From contig CAVWVQ010000003.1 in assembly GCA_963758525.1 (NCBI GenBank), forward strand, positions 3,904,001-3,968,000: a stretch of DNA of 64,000 nt, given 5' to 3'. The notes beneath the pieces were generated by a model. The model was not told the origin of the DNA. It saw only the letters and a list, made by a program, of their open reading frames with translations, and made no database searches. Below are positions 51,615 through 63,143 of the stretch, piece after piece. The stretch's first letter is position 1; the number at the start of each line of letters is the position of its first letter. Source of the stretch: an uncultured Phycisphaerales bacterium. GTDB taxonomy: Bacteria > Planctomycetota > Phycisphaerae > Tepidisphaerales > Tepidisphaeraceae. The translations under genes and the position numbers were made by a program.

Positions 51615-52540
51615 TCACGATTTGGTTGCTCCCAGCAGCACGGCCAGCAGTCCCTTTTGGAAATGCAGACGGTTGGCCGCCTGCGGGAAGACGAGCGAAC
51701 GCGGGCCTTCCATGACCTCGGCGCTGATCTCCAGCCCGCGATACGCTGGCAGGCAATGCAGAACGACGGCGTGAGACGGCGCGGCGGCGAGCAGCGTCTC
51801 ATCGAGCTGGAACCCGGCGAAGTCATGCAGCCGCCGGGCCTTTTCCGCTTCCTGGCCCATGCTCACCCACGTGTCGGTGTAGATCGCGTCGGCGCCGCGC
51901 ACCGCATCGGCAGGATCGCTGGAAAACTCGAAATCCAACTCCGGGACGTTTTGCATGATCTGCGTGATCTCCTCGGACGGCAGCTTGTATGCGCCGGGGG
52001 ATGCGATGACGAATCTGATCCCGAATTTTCCGCACGCCACCGCCAGCGATCGGGCGACATTGTTGCCGTCGCCGATGAACGCGAGGGTGCGTCCGTGGAG
52101 CGAGCCGAAATGCTCGCGCAGCGTCATGAGGTCGGCCATCGCCTGGCAGGGATGATTGAAATCGGTCAGTCCGTTGATCACCGGCACGCTCGACCACCGC
52201 GCCAGGCCCGTGACGCTTTCGTGTTGAAACGTGCGGGCCATGATTCCGTCGCACATGCCCGAGAGAACGCGTGCGACGTCCTCGATCGGCTCGCGCGTTC
52301 CCAGTCCCACTTCCTCCTGCCGCAGCACCAGCCCCGCGCCGCCAAGCTGCGTCATCGCGACCGCAAAGCTCACGCGCGTCCGCAGGCTCGGCTTCTCGAA
52401 AATCATTGCCAGCGTCTTGCCCCACAGGATCGGCTCGTTGCGCCCTTGCGCTGCAGCTCGTCTTTCAGGCGCGCGGCCTCGTCCAGCAGATGCGTCAGCT
52501 CCGCCGGTGAGTGGTCGGCAATGGCGATGAAGTGGGTCAT
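51615..52540 (-). CDS. argF: Ornithine carbamoyltransferase (frameshift near 52445)
   Basis: FEKPSLRTR, HPCQ, GDGNNV, TDTWVSMG, HCLP, NRLH.QK. The N-terminus MTHFIAIAD is in the adjacent frame. Confidence 0.93.
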
Positions 52541-52547
52541 GGGAAGG

Positions 52548-52890
52548 GGAAGGCACGAAGGCACCCACCGCGGCGGGTAAACTGCGGCACCAAGGCACGA
52601 ACGGGAAGAGGGACGGAGGGAGGGAGGGGCCGGGGAATTGCAAATTGCAAATTGGGGATTGCAAATTGCAAATTTTGGGAAGACGTACGGACGTGTGGTA
52701 GTGCTGCCACGACTTCGAAAGGTCCTCCCTCCCTTTGTCCCTTTGTCCCTTTATCCCTTTGTCCCTTTCCCCCCAATTTGCAATCCTCAATAGTTCTGAT
52801 GGTTAACGTTCGGAACGTCACAAAACGGCGCCGGACAGCAGCCATCTTCGGATCCAACTTCTGGCTCCTGACTTCTGGCTCCTGGCTCCT
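52548..52890. repeat. Cluster of short tandem repeats (GGCACGAA, TTGCAAA, CTTTGTCC, CTGGCTC/CTGACTT)
   Basis: Four different 7-8-mer arrays fill the argB-argF intergenic region. Confidence 0.8.
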
Positions 52891-52895
52891 GTGTC

Positions 52896-53777
52896 TCACA
52901 ACACTATCTCCGTTCCAATGCCCGCTTCCGTGTAAATTTCCAGCAGCAGTGCATGCGGAATTCGGCCGTCGATGATGTGCGTCTTGTTGACTCCGCCTTT
53001 GAGGGCCAGGATGCAGGCTTCGACTTTGGGAAGCATGCCGCTGGAGATGGCGCCGGACTTGGTCAGCTCCTCGATCTGACCGATGGTCAGATGGCTCACC
53101 AGGCTGCTCGGGTCGTCGGGGCGGGTGCGAATGCCGTGCGTGTCGGAAACGAGCACCAGCTTGTCGGCCTTCATCTTGGCGGCGACCGCGCCGGCGGCCG
53201 TGTCGGCGTTGACGTTGAGCCGCCCGCCCGCCTCGTCGCGGGCGATGGGCGCGATGCAGGGAATCGAGTCGGCCTGCACCAGCAGTTGCAGCAGCCGGGC
53301 GTTCACGTCCTTGATCTCCCCCACCAGGCCCAGATCCACCCGCCGCCCATCGGCGCCGGCGAGATATGCCTTCTCGGCAAACAGCACATTGCTGGAGAGC
53401 GAATGCAATCCCATCGCCTCGCATCCCTGCGTCTGAATGAAGTTCACGATGAACTTATTAATCTGTGAGCAGAGCACGTGCTCGGCAATCGCCAGCGTGC
53501 GATCGTCCGTGTAGCGCCGGCCCATGACCATCTGCGGCTTCAGGCCCGCCGTTTCCATCGCCTGGTTGATCGCTTTCCCGCCGCCATGCACGAGCACCGG
53601 CTGCATGCCCACGTAATTCATGAAGACGATGTCGATCAGAAGGGTGGTGAGCGTTGCCTCGTCGTCCATGATCGAGCCGCCGACTTTGACGACGACGACT
53701 TTGTTGTGAAATCGCTGGATGTAGGAGAGGGCCTCGACCAGTCCCGCAGCCTTGCTGATTGCCTTGTCCATGACCAT
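52896..53777 (-). CDS. argB: Acetylglutamate kinase
   Basis: VVVKVGG, VHGGG, RYTD, NVNAD, GMLPKV, HIIDGR.PH.LLLEI.T..G.GT. Confidence 0.96.
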   Translation of the reverse strand: MVMDKAISKAAGLVEALSYIQRFHNKVVVVKVGGSIMDDEATLTTLLIDIVFMNYVGMQPVLVHGGGKAINQAMETAGLKPQMVMGRRYTDDRTLAIAEHVLCSQINKFIVNFIQTQGCEAMGLHSLSSNVLFAEKAYLAGADGRRVDLGLVGEIKDVNARLLQLLVQADSIPCIAPIARDEAGGRLNVNADTAAGAVAAKMKADKLVLVSDTHGIRTRPDDPSSLVSHLTIGQIEELTKSGAISSGMLPKVEACILALKGGVNKTHIIDGRIPHALLLEIYTEAGIGTEIVL

Positions 53778-53866
53778 GTGCGGGCCCGCTCCGAAAAAGA
53801 AAGTCGAAGTGTAGAAAGGGAAGTGGGAGCCGTCAAAAGGTGGGAGGGTGGGAGGCGCGGGGACAG

Positions 53867-54035
53867 CCGCGAAGGGCAAGCCACGGCGGTGTCGCTGGCG
53901 AGTTCGGAACGTTCCCGAATTCGGTGGGGTTTACCAAATGTGCAATTGAAATTTTGGAAATCGCAGAGGGTGCCACGGTCGAACGCTGCCACGTCGAACT
54001 CGCGAACCGTGCCGCCGCGGCTTGCCCCTTCGCGG
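53867..54035. mobile_element. MITE/REP-like element with ~40-bp imperfect inverted arms
   Basis: CCGCGAAGGGCAAGCCACGGCG...GCGAGTTCG against CGAACTCGC...CCGCGGCTTGCCCCTTCGCGG. A single arm also lies at 45150-45189. Confidence 0.6.
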
Positions 54036-54099
54036 AGGCGCTTTCACGTTTGGGTGATCGCGCTTTTGATAATGCTCATCGATCATCCGTACACTTCCC

Positions 54100-55076
54100 A
54101 TGCGCTATCGGCACTCCTGGCTCGCGTCGTCGCTTCTCTCGATCACAGGTTGCGGCGGCGGCGGACATCTTGCGTTGCACGACGCGCCAGCGACGCCGCC
54201 GGTGAGGGAAGTGACGCCGGCCGATGGCGGTTCCCAAATCATTCGCAGCGGCGCGAGCGTCATCCGCGTGAGCGTCGCTGCTGATCAATTCTCGGCGACA
54301 CGCGCCGAGCTGCTCGATTGGGTCGCGACTGGCGCAAGGGCCGTCAGCAATGTGTACGGAAAGTTCCCGGTGGATCAGGTTCGGATTGAAATCACCGCCG
54401 AGGACGACGGCGATGAAATCCATGGCACCGAGTATGAAGGAAGCCTGATTCGCATGCGGATTGGGAGGCGCACTCCTCCCTCGGCCCTGACCGATGACTG
54501 GACGATGACGCACGAGATGCTGCATCTGGCGTTTCCCAACATGGGCGAAGAGCATCTGTGGATGAACGAAGGATTGTCGGTCTATCTCGAACCGGTCGCG
54601 CGGCGCGCGTCGGGATTGTGTCGGAGAAGCGCTATTGGCGCGAGCTGGTGGAAGGGCTCCAAAACGGCCAGCCGGGACCGGGCGATGGCGGATTGGATCA
54701 GACCCATACGTGGGGCCGCACGTATTGGGGCGGCACCATTTTCTGGTTCCTTGTCGATGCCGAGATTCGCGAGCAGACGCAGGGCCGTAAGTCGATTGAC
54801 GACGTGGTGAAGACCATCCTCGCCGCCGGCGGTGATGGATCGCGCGAATGGCCGATGCAGCGCGTGCTGGAGATGGGAGATCAAGCGACCGGCACCCACG
54901 TCATGCAAGATGTGCACGACCTGCTGGCTCCGAAATCGACCCGCGTCGATTTCGATCCCTGGTGGCAACGGCTCGGCGTGCGATACGCGCAAGGGGATGT
55001 GACATTCGACAACGCCGCTCCGCTCGCGTGGATGCGCAAGGCGATCACCGCGCCCGACGGGCGGGGCGGACCGTAA
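54100..55076 (+). CDS. Gluzincin-like metallopeptidase lipoprotein (frameshift near 54603)
   Basis: ITGC lipobox; THEMLH...W.NEGL..Y zinc motif; RTYWGG in the next frame. Confidence 0.7.
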
Positions 55077-55226
55077 GCCGGACGCTTTGATCGCCGGGGG
55101 CGCAGTCGGTCACAACGTGCCTCTGGCAGCATGCGGTTGCGAAGCAACTTCAAGAACCCGAACGCGCCTACCACGCCGAGTCGGGGTACTCCGCAGGCTC
55201 AGATCGAGTGCCGAATATCTGCCGCG

Positions 55227-57353
55227 TCACGCTTTGGCGGGCGGCGTTCTCCAGAGCTTCGACGTGCTGGCGATAAACGCTTCGGCGCAGAGGAGCATCA
55301 ACAACGCCGCGGCCAGGGGCGACCATCGCGGCTGAGGCTCGTTGTGCGCGCCGGCGTGCGTTTGCAGTTCCTTCACCGAGCGGACGGAGACGACGTTGCT
55401 GGCGGGCTCCATCACCGCTTCGGGGGGCGCGAAGGTGAGATCGGATTCGGTGGCGGGAAGTTGCACGTTGGCGAGGCTGACCGGCGCGTCGCTGGCGGGC
55501 TTGTGCCAGCGATAGACGCCGGGGAGATCGGTGCTGGGAAAAGCGAACCCGGCGCGTCCGTCCGCGAGCTTTGAAATGGGAACGGCATTCTCCGCGCCTT
55601 GCGGATCTGTGATGCGTAACTCGGTGATGCCGTCGAGCGCCTTGGCGGAAAGCGTGATCGGCTGGCCGAGTTCGACGTTGGCGGCGTCGGATCTGCCCGG
55701 CGCCGCAAGTGCCATGCGGACAAGCAACGGCAGGAACAGCGGATGGGTCGGCAGATTGGTGTATTGCGGGTCGGGGAGAGTCGCGAACGTGTAGACGGTT
55801 CCTGCGCCGCTGGTGCGACGGAAGAGCAGGCCGTGGGAGTGCGTGCCGGGCGTGGGATTGGTGGGATAGGCGGTCAGGAGACGAGCAGCCGGACCCTGCG
55901 TTGCCCCGAAAGGGACGATCCGCAGGACGGAAATCGATTCGAGGCCAAAGCTTTTATCGGTAAGCCCGCTGAGCAGCGGCTCCTGCAGATTGGCGATGCC
56001 CAGCGTATGGGGCTCGGCATCGGAAGTTTCCGCGGCGAGGGGCTCTGAAGGAAGCAACTCGCCGAGTTGCGCGCGAAGGGCGACGGGGAGGCCGGGCCAG
56101 GATTGCTCGATGCCGGGGCGGAGAAACCAGACGAGCGTTCCGCCGTTGCGAACGAAGCGCCGCAGCGTATCGACGCGCGCGGCATCGGGCCAGGCGTCGA
56201 GAATCATCACGGCAACGTTGGCGTCCGGCGCGATGTCGGCGCCTTCGCGGCTGATCAGCGGCCATGCCTGTGACTTGCCGGACAAAGGGTCCAGCGCGAG
56301 GCTGACAAATCGGGTGGCGGTTGGCTCCTGCGGATTGGTAATGACGCTGACAATCTGCCTTGGAGGCATCTCGACGAGGCGCTGGCGGGCGTTGTCCCAG
56401 GTCATATCGTCGTCGTCGGAAAATGCGGCGCGCACGAGAAACCAGCGCTGCGTGGGAAGCCGCACGGAAAACCGCAATCGCGCGTGCCCGGCGGCGTCGA
56501 GCGCGGCCATCTGCGTCGGTGTTTCGAGCAGCTTGTTTCCGTCGAATCCGTTCACGGAAACGGAGACGGGCCGGGGCCGATGCGGAGTGCCGTTCACATC
56601 CACAACGACGTCAGCGCCGATGCCCGCGGTGGGCTGTGGCGGATCGAGGGCAACGCGCGTGATGCCGGCCGAGTCGGGAGACGGGGCGTGAAGATCCAGC
56701 AGAATGACGTGCGCTTCGGGGAAAGCGGCGATTTGCCGGGGAAATTCCTTCTTCTGGAAGTCGGAGATGATCACCAGCCACTTGTCGTCGGCGGGCTGCT
56801 TCCTGAGCAGTTCGATCGCGGAACTGACGCGATCGGCCAGCGGCTGAGGATTTGGCTGCGGGCGCAGCGGAGCCCACTGACTCAGCAGATCGGCCGCCGG
56901 CAGCAGTCGCTCCGTCGCGCCGGCGGAAGGCTGGCTGGTCAAAATCGCAACCTTCGCGGACTTTAACTGGCCGCGCAGCAGCTCCTGGGCCATGCCGTCG
57001 GCGCGGGCGAGAAGGGTGATCTGCTGCTCTTTGAGCAGCATCGAATAGCTGGTGTCGATCACGATCGCGGCGTCCAGCGACCTGCCGCCGTCAGTCCACC
57101 CCGAGGCGAGCATTTTTGCCGGCTGCGCCGCAATGAGAATCAACAGCAGCAACGCCAGCGCCCTGCAGGCGAGAAGAGCCCATCGCTGCACGCGCTTCCG
57201 CGCCGCGGTGCGCTGCATGCTTGCCTTGATGAACCGGACGGTGCTGAACAGGATGACCGGCGATTTGCGTCGAAACAACAGGTGCAGAAGCACAGGCAAG
57301 CCGACCAGCGGCAGAAACCAGAGTGCGGAGGCGAAAAGGAAATTGATGGACAT
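55227..57353 (-). CDS. BatA-domain / vWA-domain membrane protein
   Basis: PVLLHL...FSTVRF N-terminus, VIDTSYSM MIDAS, ISDFQ, C-terminal TM ending in E. Confidence 0.85.
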   Translation of the reverse strand: MSINFLFASALWFLPLVGLPVLLHLLFRRKSPVILFSTVRFIKASMQRTAARKRVQRWALLACRALALLLLILIAAQPAKMLASGWTDGGRSLDAAIVIDTSYSMLLKEQQITLLARADGMAQELLRGQLKSAKVAILTSQPSAGATERLLPAADLLSQWAPLRPQPNPQPLADRVSSAIELLRKQPADDKWLVIISDFQKKEFPRQIAAFPEAHVILLDLHAPSPDSAGITRVALDPPQPTAGIGADVVVDVNGTPHRPRPVSVSVNGFDGNKLLETPTQMAALDAAGHARLRFSVRLPTQRWFLVRAAFSDDDDMTWDNARQRLVEMPPRQIVSVITNPQEPTATRFVSLALDPLSGKSQAWPLISREGADIAPDANVAVMILDAWPDAARVDTLRRFVRNGGTLVWFLRPGIEQSWPGLPVALRAQLGELLPSEPLAAETSDAEPHTLGIANLQEPLLSGLTDKSFGLESISVLRIVPFGATQGPAARLLTAYPTNPTPGTHSHGLLFRRTSGAGTVYTFATLPDPQYTNLPTHPLFLPLLVRMALAAPGRSDAANVELGQPITLSAKALDGITELRITDPQGAENAVPISKLADGRAGFAFPSTDLPGVYRWHKPASDAPVSLANVQLPATESDLTFAPPEAVMEPASNVVSVRSVKELQTHAGAHNEPQPRWSPLAAALLMLLCAEAFIASTSKLWRTPPAKA

Positions 57354-57362
57354 GGCGTGAGA

Positions 57363-57575
57363 AGTCGGGAGTCAGGAGTCAGGAGTCGGGCGTCACGGAG
57401 TCGGGCGTCGGGAGTCGGGAGCAAGGAGTCAGAAAAGGCGAGCCGATGCGGAGGGTCGCACCCTCTTGCTCCTGGTCGCCGCGAGTAAACCGTCATTCTT
57501 AAATCTCTGATCTCAAATTTGAAAACATCTCGCTTCCATATCCTTTGCTTCTGACTTCTTGCTCCTGACTCCTCT
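57363..57575. repeat. Inverted pair of heptamer repeats (GGAGTCR)n ... (CTTCTGA/CTCCTGA)n
   Basis: Read directly between the DUF58 and BatA genes. Confidence 0.75.
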
Positions 57576-58449
57576 AGCTCCGCCGGCTCAGCAGCCGGAC
57601 CAGCGCCTTGTCGTACGGCTCATCGACATACATATCGTAATACTCCACATCGCTGTCGTTGCACGCCTTGCGAACGGCCGCGAGAGAGGCTTGCACCTGC
57701 TCGCGGTAGGCGTCGCGCATCTCAGAGGGATCGGCCTGGAGCTTTTCGCCGGTTTCCAGATCCTCAAAGGTCAGCTTCCGATCGTACGGCAGATCGATCT
57801 CATTGCGATCGAGCAGGTGCAGGACAATTCCCTGATGCTTGCGGTAACGCAGGTGCTGCAACGCGCGCGCGAGTTCCTCGGGCTCGAGCCAGAGGTCGCT
57901 CAGCAGGATCACCAGACTTCTGCGCGGCAGACGTTCGCTGAGCGAATGCAGTTGACGCGGAAGATCGGTCCGCAGGCCGGCCTGCAGCGATTCGAGATGG
58001 CGGAAGAAAACGTCGAGATGTGCCGGCGACGATCCGGGCGGCAGTTCGACGCGGACCTGGTCGTCAATGGCCACGAGCCCGGCGAGATCCTGCTGGTGCG
58101 CGAGCACATACGCGAGGCACGCGGCAAGATGGCGGGCGTAGTCGAACTTGTTTCCGAAGGTCATGGACGCGCTGGTGTCCAGCACCAGCGTTGCGCGGAG
58201 ATTGGTCTCCTGCTCGTAGAGTTTGATGTAGTAGCGATCGCTGCGGGCGCAGGCTTTCCAATCGAGATGGCGCAGCTCGTCGCCGGGCACATAGTCGCGA
58301 TGCTCGGAAAACTCGACGCTGAAGCCGCGATGCGGGCTTTTGTGCAAGCCGGTCAGCACGCCTTCCACCACCTGACGGGCGGTGACCTGCAATTTGGCGA
58401 CTTTGGCGCCGTCGGCGGGAGAGAAGAATCGATATCGCGGAATCGGCAT
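57574..58449 (-). CDS. DUF58 / vWA protein (MoxR-associated type)
   Basis: G.H.SP.RG.SVEFSEHRDY.PGDE.R.LDWK, E.ETN, DTSASM, SD. Confidence 0.92.
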   Translation of the reverse strand: MPIPRYRFFSPADGAKVAKLQVTARQVVEGVLTGLHKSPHRGFSVEFSEHRDYVPGDELRHLDWKACARSDRYYIKLYEQETNLRATLVLDTSASMTFGNKFDYARHLAACLAYVLAHQQDLAGLVAIDDQVRVELPPGSSPAHLDVFFRHLESLQAGLRTDLPRQLHSLSERLPRRSLVILLSDLWLEPEELARALQHLRYRKHQGIVLHLLDRNEIDLPYDRKLTFEDLETGEKLQADPSEMRDAYREQVQASLAAVRKACNDSDVEYYDMYVDEPYDKALVRLLSRRS

Positions 58450-58617
58450 CGGCGCAGAACATATCCAAGCGCGGGTGAAGCTGAAAGGAGGACGTGCGCA
58501 GAGACGTCATGCACCCGCACGCCCTCCGCCGGTAGCCACCGAGCGCGAAGCGACGTACATTTGCGCCCGGAGACGAGTGGTTTTGCTTACACGGCCGAAG
58601 GGCTGGAGGATCATCTC

Positions 58618-59907
58618 TTGAAGATCACCAAAACGTTCGCGGGAATTGTTCTGTCCTTGCTGACGACCAACATGTCCGTCGCTGCTGATTCGCAGACAGC
58701 GCCGGCGAGCCAGAAGCTTACCGACGGCGCCTACGTCGCGATCGTCGGAGACTCCATCACCGAGCAAAAGCAGTATTCGGTGTTCATGGAGGATTATCTG
58801 CTGATGTGCCAGCCGGCCCGAAATCTGCATGCGACGCAATTTGGATGGAGCGGCGAGGTGAGCTGGGGATTCGAGCACCGCATGGAGAACGACATGCTGC
58901 GATTTCATTGCACCGCCGCCACCACCTGCTTCGGAATGAATGACGGCGGCTATGCCCCGGAGACGCCCGAGAAAGAAAAGCAATATCACGATGCACAGAC
59001 ATCCGTCGTCGAGCAGATGAAAAAGGGGGGCGTGCAATTCATCGTCGTCGGCTCCCCCGGCTGCGTCGACACCGACTCGTTCCGCCATGATCCCGCGCTG
59101 GCGGTGATGTACAACAAAACGCTGTCGGTCGAACGCGACATCGCCAAAAAGGTCGCCGAGGAACAAGGCGTGGCGTTCGCCGACGTCTTCGATCCGATGG
59201 TGGATGTGATGGAGAAGGCCAAGGCAAAATACGGCCACGGCTACGATCTGGCGGGTCCGGACGGCGTGCATCCGCAAGCCAACGGCCATCTCGTGATGGC
59301 GTATGCGTTCCTCAAGGGGCTGGGGTGCACCGGCGACATCGGGACGATCACCGTCGATCTGTCTGCCAGCAAAGCCACAGCGACCGACGGCCACACGATC
59401 AAGTCATTCAAAGACGGCGCCGTCGAAGTCGAAAGCAGCCGGTATCCATTCTGCTTTTACGGCGATGCTCCCACGAGCCCGACCTCCACGCGCGGCGTGC
59501 TGGAGTTCTTCCCCTTCAACGCTGATTTAAATCGCTTCATGCTGGTGGTCACCAATGTCCCCGCCGGCAAGCAGTTGAAGGTGACGTGGGGCAAAGACAG
59601 CAAGACCTACTCGGCTGACGAGCTTTCCAAGGGAATCAACCTCGCGGCGGAATTCCTCGACAATCCGTTCAGCGAGCCCTTTCGCGCCGTCGATCAGGCG
59701 GTGCGCCGCCAGCAAGTATTCGAGACGCCGCTGGTGAAGCAATTAATTCACGACCTGCCGGCATACAAGGAATTTGTCCCGGAGGAGAACGCCGCGCTCG
59801 ATCGGATCGCCGTCGCGCTGCTCAAGAAAGACCAGTCGCTCATCGAGGCGTCCAGCGCCGCGGTCAAGCCGGTAATCCATTCGATCAAGATCGAAGCGGT
59901 GCCGTGA
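58618..59907 (+). CDS. SGNH/GDSL hydrolase, secreted
   Basis: GGAGGA RBS plus TTG; GDSIT, G.SG, FGMND, DGVHP. Confidence 0.88.
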   Translation: MKITKTFAGIVLSLLTTNMSVAADSQTAPASQKLTDGAYVAIVGDSITEQKQYSVFMEDYLLMCQPARNLHATQFGWSGEVSWGFEHRMENDMLRFHCTAATTCFGMNDGGYAPETPEKEKQYHDAQTSVVEQMKKGGVQFIVVGSPGCVDTDSFRHDPALAVMYNKTLSVERDIAKKVAEEQGVAFADVFDPMVDVMEKAKAKYGHGYDLAGPDGVHPQANGHLVMAYAFLKGLGCTGDIGTITVDLSASKATATDGHTIKSFKDGAVEVESSRYPFCFYGDAPTSPTSTRGVLEFFPFNADLNRFMLVVTNVPAGKQLKVTWGKDSKTYSADELSKGINLAAEFLDNPFSEPFRAVDQAVRRQQVFETPLVKQLIHDLPAYKEFVPEENAALDRIAVALLKKDQSLIEASSAAVKPVIHSIKIEAVP

Positions 59908-60025
59908 TTGACTTCTGAGTTGGGGGAATTCATCCGGACGCTTTTTTTTGGCCGCTCCGAAACTCGCGCACGCCGACTCAAATCGCGGCGGGATGAATCC
60001 CGCCCTACGACAGTTCGGGTCGCCG

Positions 60026-62610
60026 TTACGGCTTGAAGTCAGCATGCGCCGCGTTGCCCGCGGACTCGAGATAGGCGATCAGGTCCAGAATCTCATCCTG
60101 CTTAAAGTTATTCATCAGGCCCTCCGGCATCGGCGAGGTTTTGCTCAGCTTGCGCACGCTGACATCGGCCTTCTTCACGGTCACCAGATCCGGCTTCAGC
60201 GGGTTGGGCCGCAGGACAATCTCCGTATCCGATTCCTGAATGACGCGACCCGAGACGACGTCGCCGTTCTTCAGGCGGACGATGGTGTCCGCATATTGCT
60301 CGGAGATCACCTTCGAAGGGAGGATGATCGATTCCAGAATGTCGCGTCGGGCGAAGCGGCTCGAAACCGCCGTCAGATCGGGACCGATCGCGCCGCCGTC
60401 GTTCCCGAAGCGGTGGCACGCGCTGCACTGGGCTTCTTCGAAGATCTTCTTGCCTCGCTCGAAATTGCGGCCATGGCCCACTTCAGCCAGAACCGGCTCC
60501 AGATCTTCCACCTTCCATTCCTGGACAAATTTTCGCGGTCTGGCCTTGTGCGCCTTGGGCGTCGCCGGCTTGAAGGCGTCGAGCAACCCCGCCACCGACG
60601 TCTTCTCCGCCGGCGACAACGTTTTCACCGCGTCTTCGTGAATGTGAGTGATGAAGTTGTCGTAGCTCGCGCCGTTGGAGTACGGACGTCCGGCGTCAGC
60701 AAACCACTTCAACACCTCGTCGGGGTGGCGGCCCATCGCGGGTTTATTGATGAACCAGCTGAAATACTGCTGTCGCAGTTGCGGCGTCCATCCCACGGTG
60801 GCCGTGCGGAGGTAGAGGGCGTAACCAACCTGCTGTTCCTGGTATGTCGCCTCGGTGAGCAGTTTTACCGTCTTGGCGACCGCGTCGGGGGCGCGCAGGG
60901 CAAGCAGCACCTGGCACAATTCGCAGTTCAGTTCATCGGAGTGCGCGGGATACAGCGGGTCGAGTTCCGCAATGAGCCGGGTTGCTTCCTCCGTCGCGGG
61001 GATTCCATGACGGCTGATGGAAACTTCCAGAACGCGCAGCTTGTCGAGTTGTTGCCCCTCGTCGAGAGACGAGAGGGAGAAGCGGTCGATCGCGGTCAAC
61101 AGTTTCGGCTGATCGTCGTCGGTCCCAAGCCGCGCCACGGAGAGCATCGCCGTCAGGGCCGCCTGGCTGTTGGTCTCCGCCAATGCGTGGGACTTCCATT
61201 GCTCAATCGGCTGACTTTCAATCGCGATCCGCGCCGCGTAGCGGATGAACCGGTCATCGCTTCCCAGTTGCGGCCAGGCAGTTTCGACCGCCTTGGGGTC
61301 CGCGTGGCCGTGAAACGTTTCCAACTGATGGCGCAGCGCCGCGCCTCAGCGCCATCGGCATCGTGCAGGTCGGCCGGCGCGGTGGAGTCGGTGCCGCTGT
61401 AGGTGACGCGAAAGAGTTGCGCCTGGGTGCTACGTCCGCCGGTGGTGAAATAGAGCGCACCGTCGTCGCCGATCACCACGTCGGTGACGTTGTTGGGCTG
61501 CTTCGGGCCGTCGCCGTGCAGGCCCTTGGGCGCGATGAAGTTCTCGAAGGTTGCCTCGTAGGTGGCGCCCTTGGGCTTCAGATGGGCCGCGATAATTCGC
61601 CCATACACCCAGTCCAGAGCAAAGAACGCCTTCTGGTACTTCGCGGGAAACTTCGCGCCGGTTCCAAAGATCACTCCCGTCGGGGACCCGATCCCGATGT
61701 TCACGACGGCCGGGAGACTGTCAGCGTAATATTGCGGCCATTTGGCGCTTCCTTCACGAAAGCCCTGATCCGCGCCGCTGGGAGCGTGGAAGATGCGGAT
61801 GGGCCGATACCAGGGAGTTCCCCAGTCATATTCCATGTCGCTGTCGAAGCCGAACAACTCGCCGTCGGGGTTGAACGCCAGGTCGTAGGTGTTGCGTTCG
61901 CCGGCCGCGTAGAGCTCGGCGTTTTTGCCGTCGGGGTCCATCCGCGTGATGAACCCGCCCGGTGGTTTTTTCCCCGCGCCAAATCCGTTCCCGTCCTCGG
62001 TGCGGGGAAGGCATCGGTCATCCTGATAATTGGCAACGGGCGAAGTAGCCGCGCGGTCCTCCGGAATCTGGGCGAAGTTGCCGCAGATCGTGTAAATTTT
62101 GTTGTCGGGCCCCGCGACGATCCCATGCGCGCCATGCTCCCCGCTGCCGCCCGGCCACGATCGGATCATTTCGACACTATCGAACTGATCGTCCCCCTTC
62201 GTATCCCGGCAGCGAAACAAGCCAAACTTCCCGTCTTTGCTGCCATCGATATACAAGCTGTCAAACGCGTAAACCATCCCCATCGCCTCGCTGACCGGCA
62301 GCTTGAGCGTCTCCTGCTGAACGACCGTTCCGTCCCGCAGCGTCAGGCGGAGGATCGACTGATTTCGCTGTCCTCCAAGCAACAGGCGTCCCTTGTTGTC
62401 CTTGGCCAGCGAGATGAACGAAATCTTCGCCGCGCGATCGGGAGCCAGCACCAGATCGACCTTGAAGCCCGGCAGAGTCGCCAGCCCGGCCGCCCCATCC
62501 GGCGCCGCGGAAGCTGAGCGTAAACCGATCGGCATAAAAACCATCGCGAGACAGATGCAAGCGATACCCGAATGTGACGCACGGCGTTTCAACGACGGTT
62601 CTCGATGCAC
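60026..62610 (-). CDS. PVC-type heme-binding protein (sugar-dehydrogenase-like beta-propeller, HEAT repeats, c-type cytochrome; frameshift near 61340)
   Basis: GEHG.H, G.RN.YD, DSDME.D.G.PWYRP; CSACH, GPDLT, S.MPEGL. Confidence 0.85.
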
Positions 62611-63143
62611 GCAGCAACTCCTGAAAGAAACCGATGGGGCAAGGCAGGAACTTTAAGACACTCCACAGCGATATACCACCGGCGCGTACTGCGGTTGACC
62701 GTGCGGGCGTGCCCGTTTTTCCGGGAGCATATCGCTTTGGGTGCTGCGATTAATTCCCTCTCCCCTGGCACTCCAGGCGAGGGCTGGGTGGGATTTTGCG
62801 GATTTCTGCTGCGTCCCCGAAGTGACGGGAGCTGCTTTCCTGCCTCTTCCTCGTACCCGGGCGAGCAGCAAAGCGCGGCAACGGGAGTCCGAGAGCGCGC
62901 GGCGGACGTTGAGCTCGCCGAACGCGTGCTTCCGATCCAGGTTATCGGTCGCGCAAACCCACCTGCGCGTCCGCCCCGCTTTGCAATGGATTGATCTAAA
63001 GCCTAACCGAGCGCTGGAATAAACCCGCCTTACCGCACCGCCCGCCTAAACCGCACAACCCTCCCGGCCGATCACACCAATAGGTGGATACCCCCAAGAC
63101 CGGCGGCGTCCGGTTCGTTGCTTCCTCGAAGGAGACGTGCAAA

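Noticed and set aside
51615..52540. N-succinyl- or N-acetyl-ornithine transcarbamylase, suggested by the SLRT motif
   Set aside because: It keeps HPCQ, DGNN and the SMG loop typical of ordinary OTCase.
57559..61402. Long alternative ORFs (57559 extension of the SGNH gene, 59948-61402; likewise 1030-1920, 18012-19079, 25693-26802, 41871-43004)
   Set aside because: They are antisense shadows of well-supported genes, as expected in high-GC DNA.
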